Virus record (IMG/VR): IMGVR_UViG_3300029742_000285
Span: 1,475 to 65,474 of that record
Source of the DNA: a virus
Taxonomy: Duplodnaviria; Heunggongvirae; Uroviricota; Caudoviricetes
Strand: one strand, 5' to 3'
Length of the DNA stretch: 64,000 bases
Both the position numbers and the translations under genes were made by a program. A model generated the notes under the pieces. That model searched no databases, had not been told where the DNA came from, and was given only the letters and a program-made list of their open reading frames with translations. Position 1 is the first letter of the stretch. Every line of letters begins with the position of its first letter. Shown here in pieces: positions 29,359 through 39,122 of the stretch.

Positions 29359-29724
29359 TCAATCTCCATCCCACACGCCGTCAGGCCGCATCTTCGCAAA
29401 CGCAAGCAGACCGTACAAGGCGCGTTTGGCGTTACCCTCTGTGGCGTTCCAGTAGTCGCTATCGTCTACATCGTCGCCTAGTGCAGAAATAGCCTTTTCA
29501 AGCATCGGAATGCTCTCTGCGCCTGTTTTACCATAGATGGAGCGAATGCCGCCCTCCCCAAACACTTCCGGTCGATAATAGAAGTGACCGTAATTATAGG
29601 TGACGTTGAGCCACAGTTCTTTCGTGCCGCCCATAGCGCGCATACCGCCTGCGATAAAATGCGTACTATCCGCTTTGAGCGTTTCATGCGTTACAGGGTC
29701 GCACAGCGAAATATCATAGCTCAT
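29359..29724 (-). CDS. Hypothetical protein
   Basis: ORF in the early operon. Start chosen at MSYDISL. Confidence 0.3.
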   Translation of the reverse strand: MSYDISLCDPVTHETLKADSTHFIAGGMRAMGGTKELWLNVTYNYGHFYYRPEVFGEGGIRSIYGKTGAESIPMLEKAISALGDDVDDSDYWNATEGNAKRALYGLLAFAKMRPDGVWDGD

Positions 29725-29917
29725 ATTCGTCCAGCTCCTTTTTGATTTGCTGGCGTTCAATCTGCTTCAATCTTGCCTTTGCCAGCTTGCGGTTGTCAGC
29801 CTTACGAATAGCCCAGTTGTTGCGGTGGTTTGCCCACGCGGCAAAATAGTGACTGTATTCGCTTTGGTCGTACCAGCCCTTTCCAATAAGCCCTTTATAG
29901 GTCTGCTGACGTTTCAT
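29714..29917 (-). CDS. Hypothetical basic protein
   Basis: Start chosen at MKRQQTY. Confidence 0.25.
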   Translation of the reverse strand: MKRQQTYKGLIGKGWYDQSEYSHYFAAWANHRNNWAIRKADNRKLAKARLKQIERQQIKKELDEYEL

Positions 29918-30146
29918 CTTTCTTCTCCCATTCTTTGCATCCACGTTCGTCCCACACAAAGTCTGCAACGTGTTCTGACTGGTCGTTCACACACACGCCC
30001 TCCGGCTCTGCGTACCATTTGCAAGAGCCACAGGACGGCTCAGATTTGTTCTTGCAGGATTCTGCCGTGCATCGGATAGCCTTACCAGCGGAGAACTGTT
30101 TGATGCCCATGCAAGAGCAGCGTTCGGCGGTGCAGTAAAAGTTCAT
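29895..30146 (-). CDS. Cys-rich small protein
   Basis: Multiple CxxC motifs. Confidence 0.3.
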   Translation of the reverse strand: MNFYCTAERCSCMGIKQFSAGKAIRCTAESCKNKSEPSCGSCKWYAEPEGVCVNDQSEHVADFVWDERGCKEWEKKDETSADL

Positions 30147-30370
30147 TCCTTCTTACCTTCCTCTCCAATTTCGTAAATTCCTACGCAAATTCCAGCTTTT
30201 CCATCGCCACACGGGTGCGACTGTAAGTTATCTTGGAAAATTTTACGGATTCCACCATTTTTGTAAGCCCTAAACACGACGTCAAGGTTGGCGTAATCCA
30301 AAAATTTTTTTCCATCCCAATACAAAAGCTTCCCATATCGTTTGCATTTGCAAACTATCACATTCCGCAT
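30143..30370 (-). CDS. Hypothetical small protein
   Basis: 75-aa ORF. Confidence 0.25.
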   Translation of the reverse strand: MRNVIVCKCKRYGKLLYWDGKKFLDYANLDVVFRAYKNGGIRKIFQDNLQSHPCGDGKAGICVGIYEIGEEGKKE

Positions 30371-30374
30371 TTTG

Positions 30375-30578
30375 TCATTCCTTTCTCACGCGCTTTCCTC
30401 TGTTGAATCGCCTGATCACTCGCTTATACTCTGCATAGCACTCCGGGCAAAGGTCGCCTGTGTCTCTGCGCCACGCCCAGTCCTTGAAGTATTCGTCAGG
30501 GTTCATCATCCTACCGCCCAGAACTGCTCCACAGCGGTCGCATACTCGCTTGTGGTAGATTCCTCTGTCAGTTTGCAT
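30375..30578 (-). CDS. Zinc-ribbon small protein
   Basis: CDRCG...CPEC motifs. Confidence 0.3.
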   Translation of the reverse strand: MQTDRGIYHKRVCDRCGAVLGGRMMNPDEYFKDWAWRRDTGDLCPECYAEYKRVIRRFNRGKRVRKE

Positions 30579-31360
30579 TAGTCGTCCTCCCCCACGTCCT
30601 TAAACAGAATTTCTTTGTAGGCTTTCCAGTCTTTGATTTTGCACAGAATGTCTGTGCCGGGTACGGTCTTTTTCAGCCCATCCATCTGCCAGACGTTCCA
30701 TGAGATAGTATCTGCGATGCAATCAAGAAAAATGGGCATAAAGCCAATTTCCAGCTTTTCAGCATCAAACCGATACCTAAAATTTTCGATCAGTGTCAGG
30801 AACAGATTGCACCTTGCCAGCAAGAGATTGTCTCCCTGCCACTCATAGCCGTATGTCGATGCATAGGCATTGATTGCCCAGCACATCCACACATCGTAGT
30901 CATGGAACTGCTCTGCCAGAACATTTAGCTTCCTATCCAGCAGACCGATTCTGTCCGGCACAGCAATCATCTTCCCTGTTGTTGTATCATATCGACTTGT
31001 CAGGAACGGTGCTTCTCCACAGGTGACTTCAAGACAAGTCTTGTTGATGTACTCCTTCCAGTCTTCGCCCTTCAGGTCGTTTTCGGCAACGTCTGCCATC
31101 TTCTTGCAAACCCAAGTCGGCGTGAACACCTCTGCTTTCTTGCTGGTTCGCTTCTTCTGGTCTGCAAGCCGTTTCTGCACACGAGGGACAAGCTGAATTT
31201 TGTCCAACTGTTCCAGTGTGATTTCATCTGCAAAGTCAACGCCCAGTTCAGGTGGCGGGTCTGTCGCCCAGATGATGTTCTTGCCTGTCGTGTGGTCTTG
31301 CAATAGAACAGGCAGGAACGTGCGTAGGCATGGGTCGGAGAAGTCAATCAAAGTTACCAT
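30578..31360 (-). CDS. Hypothetical protein with weak gamma-class N6-adenine MTase-like N-terminal motifs (EVFTP, xxxCGxxxFL) but no NPPY
   Basis: AEVFTPTWVCKKM and LEVTCGEAPFL resemble the HsdM pre-motif and motif I. No catalytic (D/N)PP(Y/F) motif follows. Confidence 0.25.
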   Translation of the reverse strand: MVTLIDFSDPCLRTFLPVLLQDHTTGKNIIWATDPPPELGVDFADEITLEQLDKIQLVPRVQKRLADQKKRTSKKAEVFTPTWVCKKMADVAENDLKGEDWKEYINKTCLEVTCGEAPFLTSRYDTTTGKMIAVPDRIGLLDRKLNVLAEQFHDYDVWMCWAINAYASTYGYEWQGDNLLLARCNLFLTLIENFRYRFDAEKLEIGFMPIFLDCIADTISWNVWQMDGLKKTVPGTDILCKIKDWKAYKEILFKDVGEDD

Positions 31361-31569
31361 TTGCCAGCCCTCACCATGATTTTGTTTTTTTCTTTCAGCC
31401 AGTCCTTGACGCAATGAAAGCAATGCTCACGGTTTTGGCAACGCTCCGGGTCACGATGTTTGATAAGTTCGCAGATGCCCGGCGTAAAGTTTTCTGTAAT
31501 ATCTTCGTCCGTCATAGAGCGGATAAAATCGCCATTAGTCATGTTTTTCCTCTTTATGTTCCCCATCAA
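31354..31569 (-). CDS. Hypothetical Cys/His-containing small protein
   Basis: 71-aa ORF. Confidence 0.25.
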   Translation of the reverse strand: MMGNIKRKNMTNGDFIRSMTDEDITENFTPGICELIKHRDPERCQNREHCFHCVKDWLKEKNKIMVRAGKW

Positions 31570-32429
31570 TCAGCTTTTGTTACGACTGTATCTGCTCCGT
31601 TGACAGTAACCCATCCATGCTTCAGTCTGGCTTCAGCTTCTTTCATCTGAATCAGTTCGGGAGTGATGGATTCCGACACGATACGATTCGATTCTGCTTC
31701 TGCCTGTGCTTCGATCACTTTCACATCGGCTTCCGTCTGAGCCTTCACCTTGTCCGTCTCAGCCTGTGCAAGAGCAGTCTGCTTGTTCAGCTCAGCGATT
31801 TCAGCGTCCTGCTTTGCTTGTTCTTTCGCTCTAATCTTTTCGGTCAGAGTGTCATCCAGCTCTACGTCGATCACGAGGGCACTTGAAACGCTGATTCCGT
31901 ATTCATTAGTGAGTTTTTCATTCAAATAATTTGTGATTGCGTTGTTTACTTCCGTTTTCTTTTCAGAATAAATATCCATTACGGAAAACTGGGGCGTTAC
32001 CTCCTTAACGTAAGCGATAATGCTGTTCTGGATGCGGCTTTCCACAAGCGTTTCACCATCCATTCCGTTAAAGCGGCTGTAGAGTTCAACAACGCGGTCT
32101 GGAATGAAGTTATAATTTACGGTAAGGTTTACTCCGACCATTCCACCGCTTGCAGGAGCATCAATATGCCAGTCTGCGTGTTCCTTTGCATTATAATCTG
32201 CCGGGTCATCCGAAAAAATAAGTTGCTGCTGGCTGATAGGGAACTTGCTAACGTGCTTCATGGGAGAAAGAAAGTGCCAACCCTGTGACAAAGTGTTCTG
32301 CTCAACGCCTCGTGCCGAATAAACGACTCCAACATAACCAACAGGCACTCTCTCCAAACACAGCAAAAGAACCACTGCAACAAAAAATGCTGCTACCACA
32401 GAAGAAATAATAGTTGCTACTTTTTTCAT
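31566..32429 (-). CDS. SPFH / band-7 (prohibitin-HflK-like) domain membrane protein
   Basis: N-terminal TM helix, SPFH-like core, C-terminal coiled coil (AELNKQTALAQAETDKVKAQ...). Confidence 0.6.
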   Translation of the reverse strand: MKKVATIISSVVAAFFVAVVLLLCLERVPVGYVGVVYSARGVEQNTLSQGWHFLSPMKHVSKFPISQQQLIFSDDPADYNAKEHADWHIDAPASGGMVGVNLTVNYNFIPDRVVELYSRFNGMDGETLVESRIQNSIIAYVKEVTPQFSVMDIYSEKKTEVNNAITNYLNEKLTNEYGISVSSALVIDVELDDTLTEKIRAKEQAKQDAEIAELNKQTALAQAETDKVKAQTEADVKVIEAQAEAESNRIVSESITPELIQMKEAEARLKHGWVTVNGADTVVTKAD

Positions 32430-32509
32430 GTTTTACTCCTTATCGTTAAAATTGTTGATAATCAAAAAGGCGACCGCCCAAGATAATAAAAAGAAAGCAA
32501 TTAGTTCTT

Positions 32510-33262
32510 TCACTTCTCCGCCACCTCTCTGTATTCCACGTCAATCCCCTTAGGCAAAGCCGTCTGGTACTTCTGAGCCAACTGCTCTGCGCTCTGGGCA
32601 TCGCCCAACGGCTGTTCAGGCGGTGAAACGGCGATCTCCACGTTGTCGCGCATACCAAAGTAGTTCTTGGCTCGGAAAATCCACTCTGCCGGGTTCTCCT
32701 GACCGTACATACCGTTGTACGCCCACATGGACTGCATTTGCAGAATCAGCTTTAGGATGTATTTCTGCTGTAAGCTGTCGTCACGGCGCTTGCCCGCCAT
32801 AATCTGCTTCAGGCTCACCCATTCGATGCCCAGCACCAGTGCAATCCATTCGACAACAGGGGAGATTCTGGCTTCGATACAAGCGTCAAAAAAGAAGTCA
32901 AGGCGTTGCTGAACTTCAATCGGGTTGTTCATGTCCACGCTCGGAAGGTCGCCAAAATACTTGGCGGCAATCATGCCGATGACTTTCTTGTCCTCTTCAT
33001 TACCGATTCTTGACTGCAAATCGCCTGTATTCAGCATCTTAGACCTCGTGATCGCCAATTCCTGTTGTTCTTTCACCTTTTTACTCACCTGTGAGCGGAT
33101 AGATTTCCGCTTGTTAAGCATCTGTTGTTTCTTCTTCTCGCGCTCTTTCTCACGCTTCACAGCGGCTTCTTCTTTCGCCTTTTGCGCCCGCTTCTCGCGC
33201 TTTTTCTTTTCAGCTTCGGTCAGCGGCGGTCTGCCACGACCACGCTTCGGGGGTGTTGCCAT
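32510..33262 (-). CDS. Basic DNA-binding protein with N-terminal AT-hook (KRGRGRPP). Possibly terminase small subunit-like.
   Basis: AT-hook core RGRGRP, Lys-rich coiled coil, conserved C-terminal globular part. Confidence 0.3.
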   Translation of the reverse strand: MATPPKRGRGRPPLTEAEKKKREKRAQKAKEEAAVKREKEREKKKQQMLNKRKSIRSQVSKKVKEQQELAITRSKMLNTGDLQSRIGNEEDKKVIGMIAAKYFGDLPSVDMNNPIEVQQRLDFFFDACIEARISPVVEWIALVLGIEWVSLKQIMAGKRRDDSLQQKYILKLILQMQSMWAYNGMYGQENPAEWIFRAKNYFGMRDNVEIAVSPPEQPLGDAQSAEQLAQKYQTALPKGIDVEYREVAEK

Positions 33263-33265
33263 GTA

Positions 33266-33583
33266 TCAGGCCTCCTTTGGTGGTTCAGGAAACGGCATCC
33301 AAAACTGAAATAAGTCCGGCGCATCAGCCACAAAATCCCACTTAGCCGGTTGCGAAATTGCTGAGCCTACATACATTGCAATAACTTTTCCGTATGCGGA
33401 ATCTTTCTTTGTTGGCGGGTTTTCTTTTGTATTTCTCCACTTATCCTGAAAACCATTTTCGCTATAAGAAACGATTTCAAAATAATGTGTAGCCATCCCA
33501 AGTTCTTGCTCAATATCGCTACGGATGCTCTTGTCATCCTCGTCCACTTCGGTTTCGAGAACAAGGTAAATTCGCTTTTTCAT
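33266..33583 (-). CDS. DUF551-like phage protein
   Basis: C-terminal FQFWMPFPEPPKEA. Confidence 0.35.
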   Translation of the reverse strand: MKKRIYLVLETEVDEDDKSIRSDIEQELGMATHYFEIVSYSENGFQDKWRNTKENPPTKKDSAYGKVIAMYVGSAISQPAKWDFVADAPDLFQFWMPFPEPPKEA

Positions 33584-34315
33584 GCTCTCACCTCTTCATC
33601 TTCTTTTCGATGTTGTCCAGCTTCCATGTAATCTGCCAGACGGAACAGCAGTTGTCCAGCTGCCGCCACCAAGCGCACTTTTCCTTCTCGCATACGCACC
33701 GACCAAGCGGATTGCTAGTCATCTTCATCGGGCAGTAAAGTTCGTTTTCCATTGGCTACTCTCTCTCAATATGTACCTTAGCTCTTTGAACGTTTTCTGA
33801 ACCGACAAAACTTTTGAACGAACCGTTTTTCAAATTTACAGCGTTATAAACCAGCGTAGTAAAATTTCCGCTTGCTACCGTAGTTGAAACGTTCTCTGTT
33901 TTCATGTAAAGTTCCGAATGATGATAAAACGCTTCCGCAACATCAATGTCGCTAAACGGCATTGGAATATCGTTTATTGATTTAATTTCCATACTTACCT
34001 CAGCTCCACCTTTCTCTCAGTTCTTTTTCGACCTGCTCTGACTTTGCGGTGATGTAATCCGCAAACTCGTCAGGGGTCATGTCCTCTTCTTTGAACTTGC
34101 CGACCATCTCCCAGTACCTATCACCGATGCGGATAATTTTCTGCACCTGTTCATCGGTCAGGTCTGCATCGCACCGAAGATTCTGGATCAGTGCGCCCCA
34201 TGTGGCAGCGATGCCATCCAGAGCCATGCGAAAGCCGTACAACTGGTTCTGCCGTGCAATTTTGCGGAGGTTGGTTGTCTTGACCTGTTTGCCACACAGG
34301 GGGCAGTTTCCAAAT

Positions 34316-34624
34316 TTATTCATCTGACTGCTCCTTGTCTTGAAGGCGATGGAGCCAACGGTAGTATTTTTCGCTTGCAATAATTCCAATTCGCTCATAC
34401 GCTTTTCTGTCATCCGAAAAACCAAGAGCGGCCATGCACACCATAACGTCTGCGTATTCCTCTTCAAACGCCTTTCGGCATTCCTCTACGCTCTTCGGTG
34501 TCGGGTTCGTGCCATCCAGCGCCCGGCGCAACTTCAACGTAGCCTGTGCCAACTCAGACGCTTCTTCTGCCAACTGTGCCAAGATTTCCGTCTTTGGCAG
34601 GATGTCTGAAACTTTCTTACTCAC
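34316..34624 (-). CDS. MazG-like nucleotide pyrophosphohydrolase domain protein
   Basis: About 100 aa, all-helical, with EExxE acidic motifs (EEASELAQATLKL...EEEYADV). Confidence 0.3.
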   Translation of the reverse strand: MSKKVSDILPKTEILAQLAEEASELAQATLKLRRALDGTNPTPKSVEECRKAFEEEYADVMVCMAALGFSDDRKAYERIGIIASEKYYRWLHRLQDKEQSDE

Positions 34625-34829
34625 TTTTTTCTCCTTTCAGCCAGTCGTTCAGCTTTGCCATGCAAGAGGGGCAAAGAAATGGTTCATCATAGCAATCGCA
34701 ACTCCAGTAGTCCCATGCGTCATGCACATTCTTGTCAACCAGAATCACGGCATTGGGCTTATGCCTCCCCATCTCATCGGGCGGTTCAGGATTAAACACT
34801 TCTCCGCAGCGGTCACATTTCATGCTCAT
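34617..34829 (-). CDS. Zinc-ribbon small protein
   Basis: CDRCG...CPSC. Confidence 0.3.
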   Translation of the reverse strand: MSMKCDRCGEVFNPEPPDEMGRHKPNAVILVDKNVHDAWDYWSCDCYDEPFLCPSCMAKLNDWLKGEKSE

Positions 34830-35346
34830 GTTCTTTCTCCAATCTCTTTAGCAGCCCATCCACGTCATACCGCCAATGAACACGCAGCTTTTTTGCCTCG
34901 ACTTCTATCCCCTCTTGTTCTGCCCACTGCCAAGGGATGCTCTTGCGGCTCTCGTTGTAACGGAACGCCAGAACCTTGCTGGCAGGGATTGCAAAGGTGC
35001 GATTGACTGCCCGGTAGTTGACTATCACATGGGCGGTCTGGCCGCTGTATCCCATTGCATCCACCATGTCAGTGATGTGCTTTTCCTTGCGGTATTTGCA
35101 CTTTGTCTTGTCGTACTTGCCGAACACCTTTTCCAGAGGGATAGAGGGCGTTTCGATGGTTTTCAGCTCAAACAGGTGGTTCATCGGGTATCGGTACACA
35201 ATGAAATCACAGATATTGTCGATGGAAAACGACAGGTTCTCGTTGCCGCCGTAGTAGGTTGCGGCACTGTCTTTCAGGCGGTAGCACCACGCATCGGATG
35301 GGACGGATGCCTTGAAGTCTGCTTCAAACTGCTTGCCGGTGTTCAT
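34813..35346 (-). CDS. Putative PD-(D/E)xK-type nuclease (Holliday-junction resolvase-like)
   Basis: D...ELK arrangement (DFIVYRY...FELKTIE). Size 177 aa. Confidence 0.3.
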   Translation of the reverse strand: MNTGKQFEADFKASVPSDAWCYRLKDSAATYYGGNENLSFSIDNICDFIVYRYPMNHLFELKTIETPSIPLEKVFGKYDKTKCKYRKEKHITDMVDAMGYSGQTAHVIVNYRAVNRTFAIPASKVLAFRYNESRKSIPWQWAEQEGIEVEAKKLRVHWRYDVDGLLKRLEKEHEHEM

Positions 35347-35531
35347 TCGTTGCCCTTTGGTCGTTTTGGGAGTGGCATCCAGAACGGCATATTGTCAGGA
35401 AACGACTCCGCAAGGGTCATATTCACAATTCCTGCACGTTCCGTATTGCTATACCAAACCAAAATGTTTCCCATCGAATCTCCGTCACATTTGTGAGGTG
35501 GATTTTTCACTATATCTTTCCATTCATTCAT
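35343..35531 (-). CDS. DUF551-like phage protein
   Basis: W...P...VLVWY...FWMPLPKRPK. Confidence 0.4.
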   Translation of the reverse strand: MNEWKDIVKNPPHKCDGDSMGNILVWYSNTERAGIVNMTLAESFPDNMPFWMPLPKRPKGNE

Positions 35532-35825
35532 CCTCGTTTACCTCCAAATTCACGGAATATGGGTTTCCTTTTCAGCAGGTTCTTCCATTTCTTTCATAAT
35601 CCGCTTGTGTTCTTCGATTGTCATGTTGTTCGGGAGGAAATACCTGTCAACCATTTCAAACGGCTTAATATAATGGTCAAGAACATCTCGTGCTTCTTTT
35701 CGTGCCTTTTCAGCACACATCTCGATATATTCTTCTTCGGTCATGTTGTAATCGGTGACACAATCGACCACCGAAGAAAACCGACACAGCAAACCGTTAG
35801 GCTGTCTTGCAATAAAAGCTCCCAT

Positions 35826-36493
35826 TTATCGTTCACCTCTAAATTCACTTCCGAGAAACCGTTTCTTGCCACGTTCCCGGTGCTTATCCTCGTAGTCTCT
35901 GCGGTATACGCTCTGGCTGTGGTTCAGCTCATACACGAATGCCTTGCGTTCCTCGAAGTCTTTCTTCTCCGTCTTGTACTTCTCGCAGGTGTCGTGACAG
36001 GCTCGTGCGCTCAAATAGTATTTTTGCGGCACGTTGTCCTCCAAAATCCACGACAAGAGCGATTCTCTTTCGGCGTTGGGGAACTCCCCAATATTGAGCG
36101 TCAAGCTGTCGCCAAGCCAGAGACCATCCGTTTCCGGCGATTGCTCCGGCTTTGCTCCATCCGCCCCCCCTTCGGAGGTTTAGGAATTGAAGTGTCTGGT
36201 TGTTCCACGCGGGCAAGTTCTTCCAGCACGGCTCTGAAATCTTCTCCTCCATTGGAGCTAAATGCTCCGGGCACGTTTTCCCAAACAGCGAAAGTTGGAT
36301 ACAGTCCATTTGTGCTTGACCTCATTTCTTTTATGATTCGAACCGCTTCCATGAACAACCCGGAGCGTTCTCCCGCAAGTCCTGCCCTGCGCCCAGCAAT
36401 GGACAAATCCTGGCACGGGCTACCGAACGTGATGCAATCCACAGGCTCTATCTGGTCTCCGTGAATCTTTGTGATATCGCCCAAGTGTTTCAT
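35826..36493 (-). pseudogene. Cytosine-5 DNA methyltransferase remnant. Lacks motif I and is split across three frames. A homopolymeric G7 tract sits at one frame junction.
   Basis: Motif IV GSPCQDLSIAG and motif VI AVWENVPG in frame 1 (36101-36493). Motif VIII GVPQRRKRIALV in frame 2. C-terminal remainder in frame 3. C7 run at 36164-36170. Confidence 0.55.
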
Positions 36494-36561
36494 CTTTCCA
36501 AACGCCCGTCCAGCCAGATAGCGCAGCTCTTATATAAGGTAGGCGGTCAACGGCTTACAAA

Positions 36562-37134
36562 TCAGAATGGCAGCGAACCATCCGGCTCTTCAATCAGGGA
36601 GAAGTCATCGTTCCCGCCCTGCAAGTAGCCGGAGCCAGACCCGCCAGCCAGCGTTTTCTTCGGTCTGACTTCATAATCGCCGGAACGAATCTTGTCCACG
36701 CTGGTGAAGCGGTCAACAACAAGCTTCGTCTTGAGGTTGCCATCGTTGCCCATGTACTCCTCCTCACGGAGAACCACGCCGACCAGCTTGCCACGCAGGG
36801 TCTTTTCATCGTTGTTGAACTTGTAACCGGGATTGGACTGCTCCACAGCGGTGATAAAGCCCTTGAAGAAGGGCAGCACCTTTTCCTTGTAGCTCTTGAT
36901 GGTCTTGCCACCCCATGCCCATTCGCCAGGATTCAGCTTGCCACGCTCGATAAGAGAAGCAGTCTGCTCACGCCAGTAGCCCTTGAACTCGCCCTCTGCA
37001 ACTTCCCACTCGATGTTCAGGCGTTCCTTTGCGGGTTCGTCCGTTGCCTTGCAGATACCGGCAACATAGCCGCCAACAGGCAGGTCACGGCGTTCGGTTG
37101 CTTCCTGCACGTCATTCCAGTTGATGTTCTTCAT
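36562..37134 (-). CDS. DUF669-like phage protein (putative ssDNA-binding partner of Sak4-like ATPase)
   Basis: 190 aa. Located immediately downstream of the AAA_24-like ATPase. Confidence 0.3.
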   Translation of the reverse strand: MKNINWNDVQEATERRDLPVGGYVAGICKATDEPAKERLNIEWEVAEGEFKGYWREQTASLIERGKLNPGEWAWGGKTIKSYKEKVLPFFKGFITAVEQSNPGYKFNNDEKTLRGKLVGVVLREEEYMGNDGNLKTKLVVDRFTSVDKIRSGDYEVRPKKTLAGGSGSGYLQGGNDDFSLIEEPDGSLPF

Positions 37135-37137
37135 CTG

Positions 37138-37338
37138 TTACTCTCCTTTGTTTTCTAAAAGATCTTCGATAGGGACTCCTAATATTTTGGCGACTAAATA
37201 AACGGAACCGTAAGTGGGTACCCTACCTCTACGGAGGGCTGTTATAAAGGAACAAGGAAGACCCGCTCTATATGCAAGCTCCTGCGTCTTAATGCCCTGC
37301 CGTGACATCTCTGCAATTAGTTCGATACGGTCAATACG
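37138..37338 (-). CDS. XRE-family HTH protein
   Basis: Start chosen at MRIDRIE. Helix-turn-helix segment ELAYRAGLPCSFITALRRG. Confidence 0.35.
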   Translation of the reverse strand, partial: RIDRIELIAEMSRQGIKTQELAYRAGLPCSFITALRRGRVPTYGSVYLVAKILGVPIEDLLENKGE

Positions 37339-37348
37339 CATAGTCTTT

Positions 37349-37978
37349 TCAACTTTCTTGTTCGTTACGAACCGGGATGCCGTAATACTCACGGATGGTC
37401 TTATCTACGGCGGCGAGGTCGTTCTCGATCAGCGCATCGCTGAACATCCCAAGCGGGGTTTTCACGGTGTCCATCCCATCATTGCGGGTGCTGAACAGGT
37501 ATCGCCCATCCTGCACAACGGTTTTCAGAACGATGGTGAAGTACCCTTCCACACAGACCTTCTCGTCCAGCAGTTTGCCGATGGTCTTAAACTTTTCGCC
37601 ACCGTCTCCGTCACGCTCGCTGTGCCCGAAAAAGTAAACCACCACATCGTCCGGCAACTCCTTTGCCCGCATCAGCAAGGCGTTAAAGTTGGCTGCCATG
37701 TCGGTAAACTTCTGGTATCCAGCGACCTTTGCGTTCCGCATGAACTCGCCAGTCATAAGATAGGTGGCATCGTCAATAACGATGGACTTACGTTTGGTGC
37801 TGTGGATTGCAGCGTCAATCTTGCCGTAGTCGTTGGTGATATAGGTTTTCATGTTGCTGCGGAACGGCAGCGGCTTGCCAAGCACGTTGATAACCGCAAC
37901 CTGTTCCGGGTCAAAGTTGCGAAGTGAAGCGGATTTACCGCTGCCGGAGTGACCGTAGACCATTACTAATACTGCCAT
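37349..37978 (-). CDS. AAA_24 / Sak4-like RecA-fold ATPase
   Basis: Walker A VYGHSGSGKS near the N-terminus. About 209 aa. Confidence 0.5.
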   Translation of the reverse strand: MAVLVMVYGHSGSGKSASLRNFDPEQVAVINVLGKPLPFRSNMKTYITNDYGKIDAAIHSTKRKSIVIDDATYLMTGEFMRNAKVAGYQKFTDMAANFNALLMRAKELPDDVVVYFFGHSERDGDGGEKFKTIGKLLDEKVCVEGYFTIVLKTVVQDGRYLFSTRNDGMDTVKTPLGMFSDALIENDLAAVDKTIREYYGIPVRNEQES

Positions 37979-38235
37979 TTTTCTTTCCTTTCTTCGGCTT
38001 CATTAGGCTTCATTGTTCTTGCTTCGGCTTAATACGGCTGTACAGAAATCAACCAGCCAGCAGCTCTGCCAGCTGTGCACGCAGGTCTTTCAGCTCCGCT
38101 TCCCTGTCCTCGATTTCAGACTGCAAGTCCTCAATCTCAGCCAACCGGTCAGCTTCTTTGGCTTCTGATTCCTGCTCACGGGTTAGGAAATACACGCCGT
38201 CCTCCGGCTCGGTCACACCACCGAATCTGTCAAGG

Positions 38236-38445
38236 TTAATCATCTTTTGGTCTTCCTCTCTTACGCCGCTCTTTGATTTGCAGCGCACTATACCACTGGT
38301 CTCTGTCGATTTCGATTGTTGTCCAGCGGTAGTTGCATTCAAGGCACTTCTTGCGGCGAACGACGCTGTCATGGTCTGACCGGCTGTCAATCGTTGTAAT
38401 GTTGTCGCTACCGCACACTGGGCATTTCACCGTACATCCCTCCAC
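38236..38445 (-). CDS. Zinc-ribbon protein (NrdR-like N-terminal finger)
   Basis: KCPVCGS...KCLEC. Confidence 0.35.
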   Translation of the reverse strand: MEGCTVKCPVCGSDNITTIDSRSDHDSVVRRKKCLECNYRWTTIEIDRDQWYSALQIKERRKRGRPKDD

Positions 38446-38690
38446 TTGTTAGTATGAGCGGGAATGCGGTTCAGCTTCCTCGTCCGTTCGGTATCTTCAT
38501 GCTCTTTTTCCGCACTCACTCCAAGCGCGCATAAAACCAGAGCGGTAGCTAGTAACATCAGTGAAACAAATGCCCATCCAAGCATCTGTACTGTAGTCTC
38601 GCATCCATTTATTGTATCGCCACAGCTAACGGCTACGATTGTAGCGACGATACCAAGTATAGTAAGCACATTTCCTTTTACGGTTTTCAT
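38427..38690 (-). CDS. Small membrane protein
   Basis: Two hydrophobic helices. Confidence 0.3.
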   Translation of the reverse strand: MKTVKGNVLTILGIVATIVAVSCGDTINGCETTVQMLGWAFVSLMLLATALVLCALGVSAEKEHEDTERTRKLNRIPAHTNKWRDVR

Positions 38691-38947
38691 TTTGTCCCTT
38701 CTTTCAGAATGATATCGAATAAAAATGGTTTGCTTGCATCGATCATGACTATTGCATTTAGCACTTCGGCTATTTTTGCAAGCGTATCAGCCTTAACTCC
38801 CGTCTTGTACGGTGTTTTATTCGGGCTTGTAATGTTGTATATCGTTGGGGCTGACACGCCACTTCTGCGGATAAGCTCCGATGCCTTCATATCACGTTCT
38901 TCAAGAGCGGCTTCCAGTGTCATTCTTTTCACCACTTTTACTACCAA
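38687..38947 (-). CDS. XRE-family HTH protein
   Basis: ASELIRRSGVSAPTIYNI. Confidence 0.35.
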   Translation of the reverse strand: MVVKVVKRMTLEAALEERDMKASELIRRSGVSAPTIYNITSPNKTPYKTGVKADTLAKIAEVLNAIVMIDASKPFLFDIILKEGTK

Positions 38948-39122
38948 AGCTCAAAATCCAAGCAGATGCCATAATTGCTGCAATGCAGATGACGAGCCAC
39001 GCTCCTTTAGTTCCGATCAGAAGCATAATTTGATGCATCAGCCAGAAGTTCAGAAAAAACGTCGCCAGAACCACGGCAAGCGCTACGCCACCCATCATTG
39101 CGATTTCTACAAGTACTTTCAT
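38901..39122 (-). CDS. Small membrane protein
   Basis: Two TM helices. Confidence 0.3.
   Translation of the reverse strand: MKVLVEIAMMGGVALAVVLATFFLNFWLMHQIMLLIGTKGAWLVICIAAIMASAWILSFGSKSGEKNDTGSRS

Noticed and set aside
30578-31360. Active N6-adenine methyltransferase
   Set aside because: Has HsdM-like pre-motif and motif I look-alikes but no (D/N)PP(Y/F) catalytic motif. Left as hypothetical.
35493-36464. 323-aa plus-strand ORF
   Set aside because: Antisense to the fragmented C5-MTase. The minus strand carries recognisable MTase motifs and the plus-strand product is junk-like.
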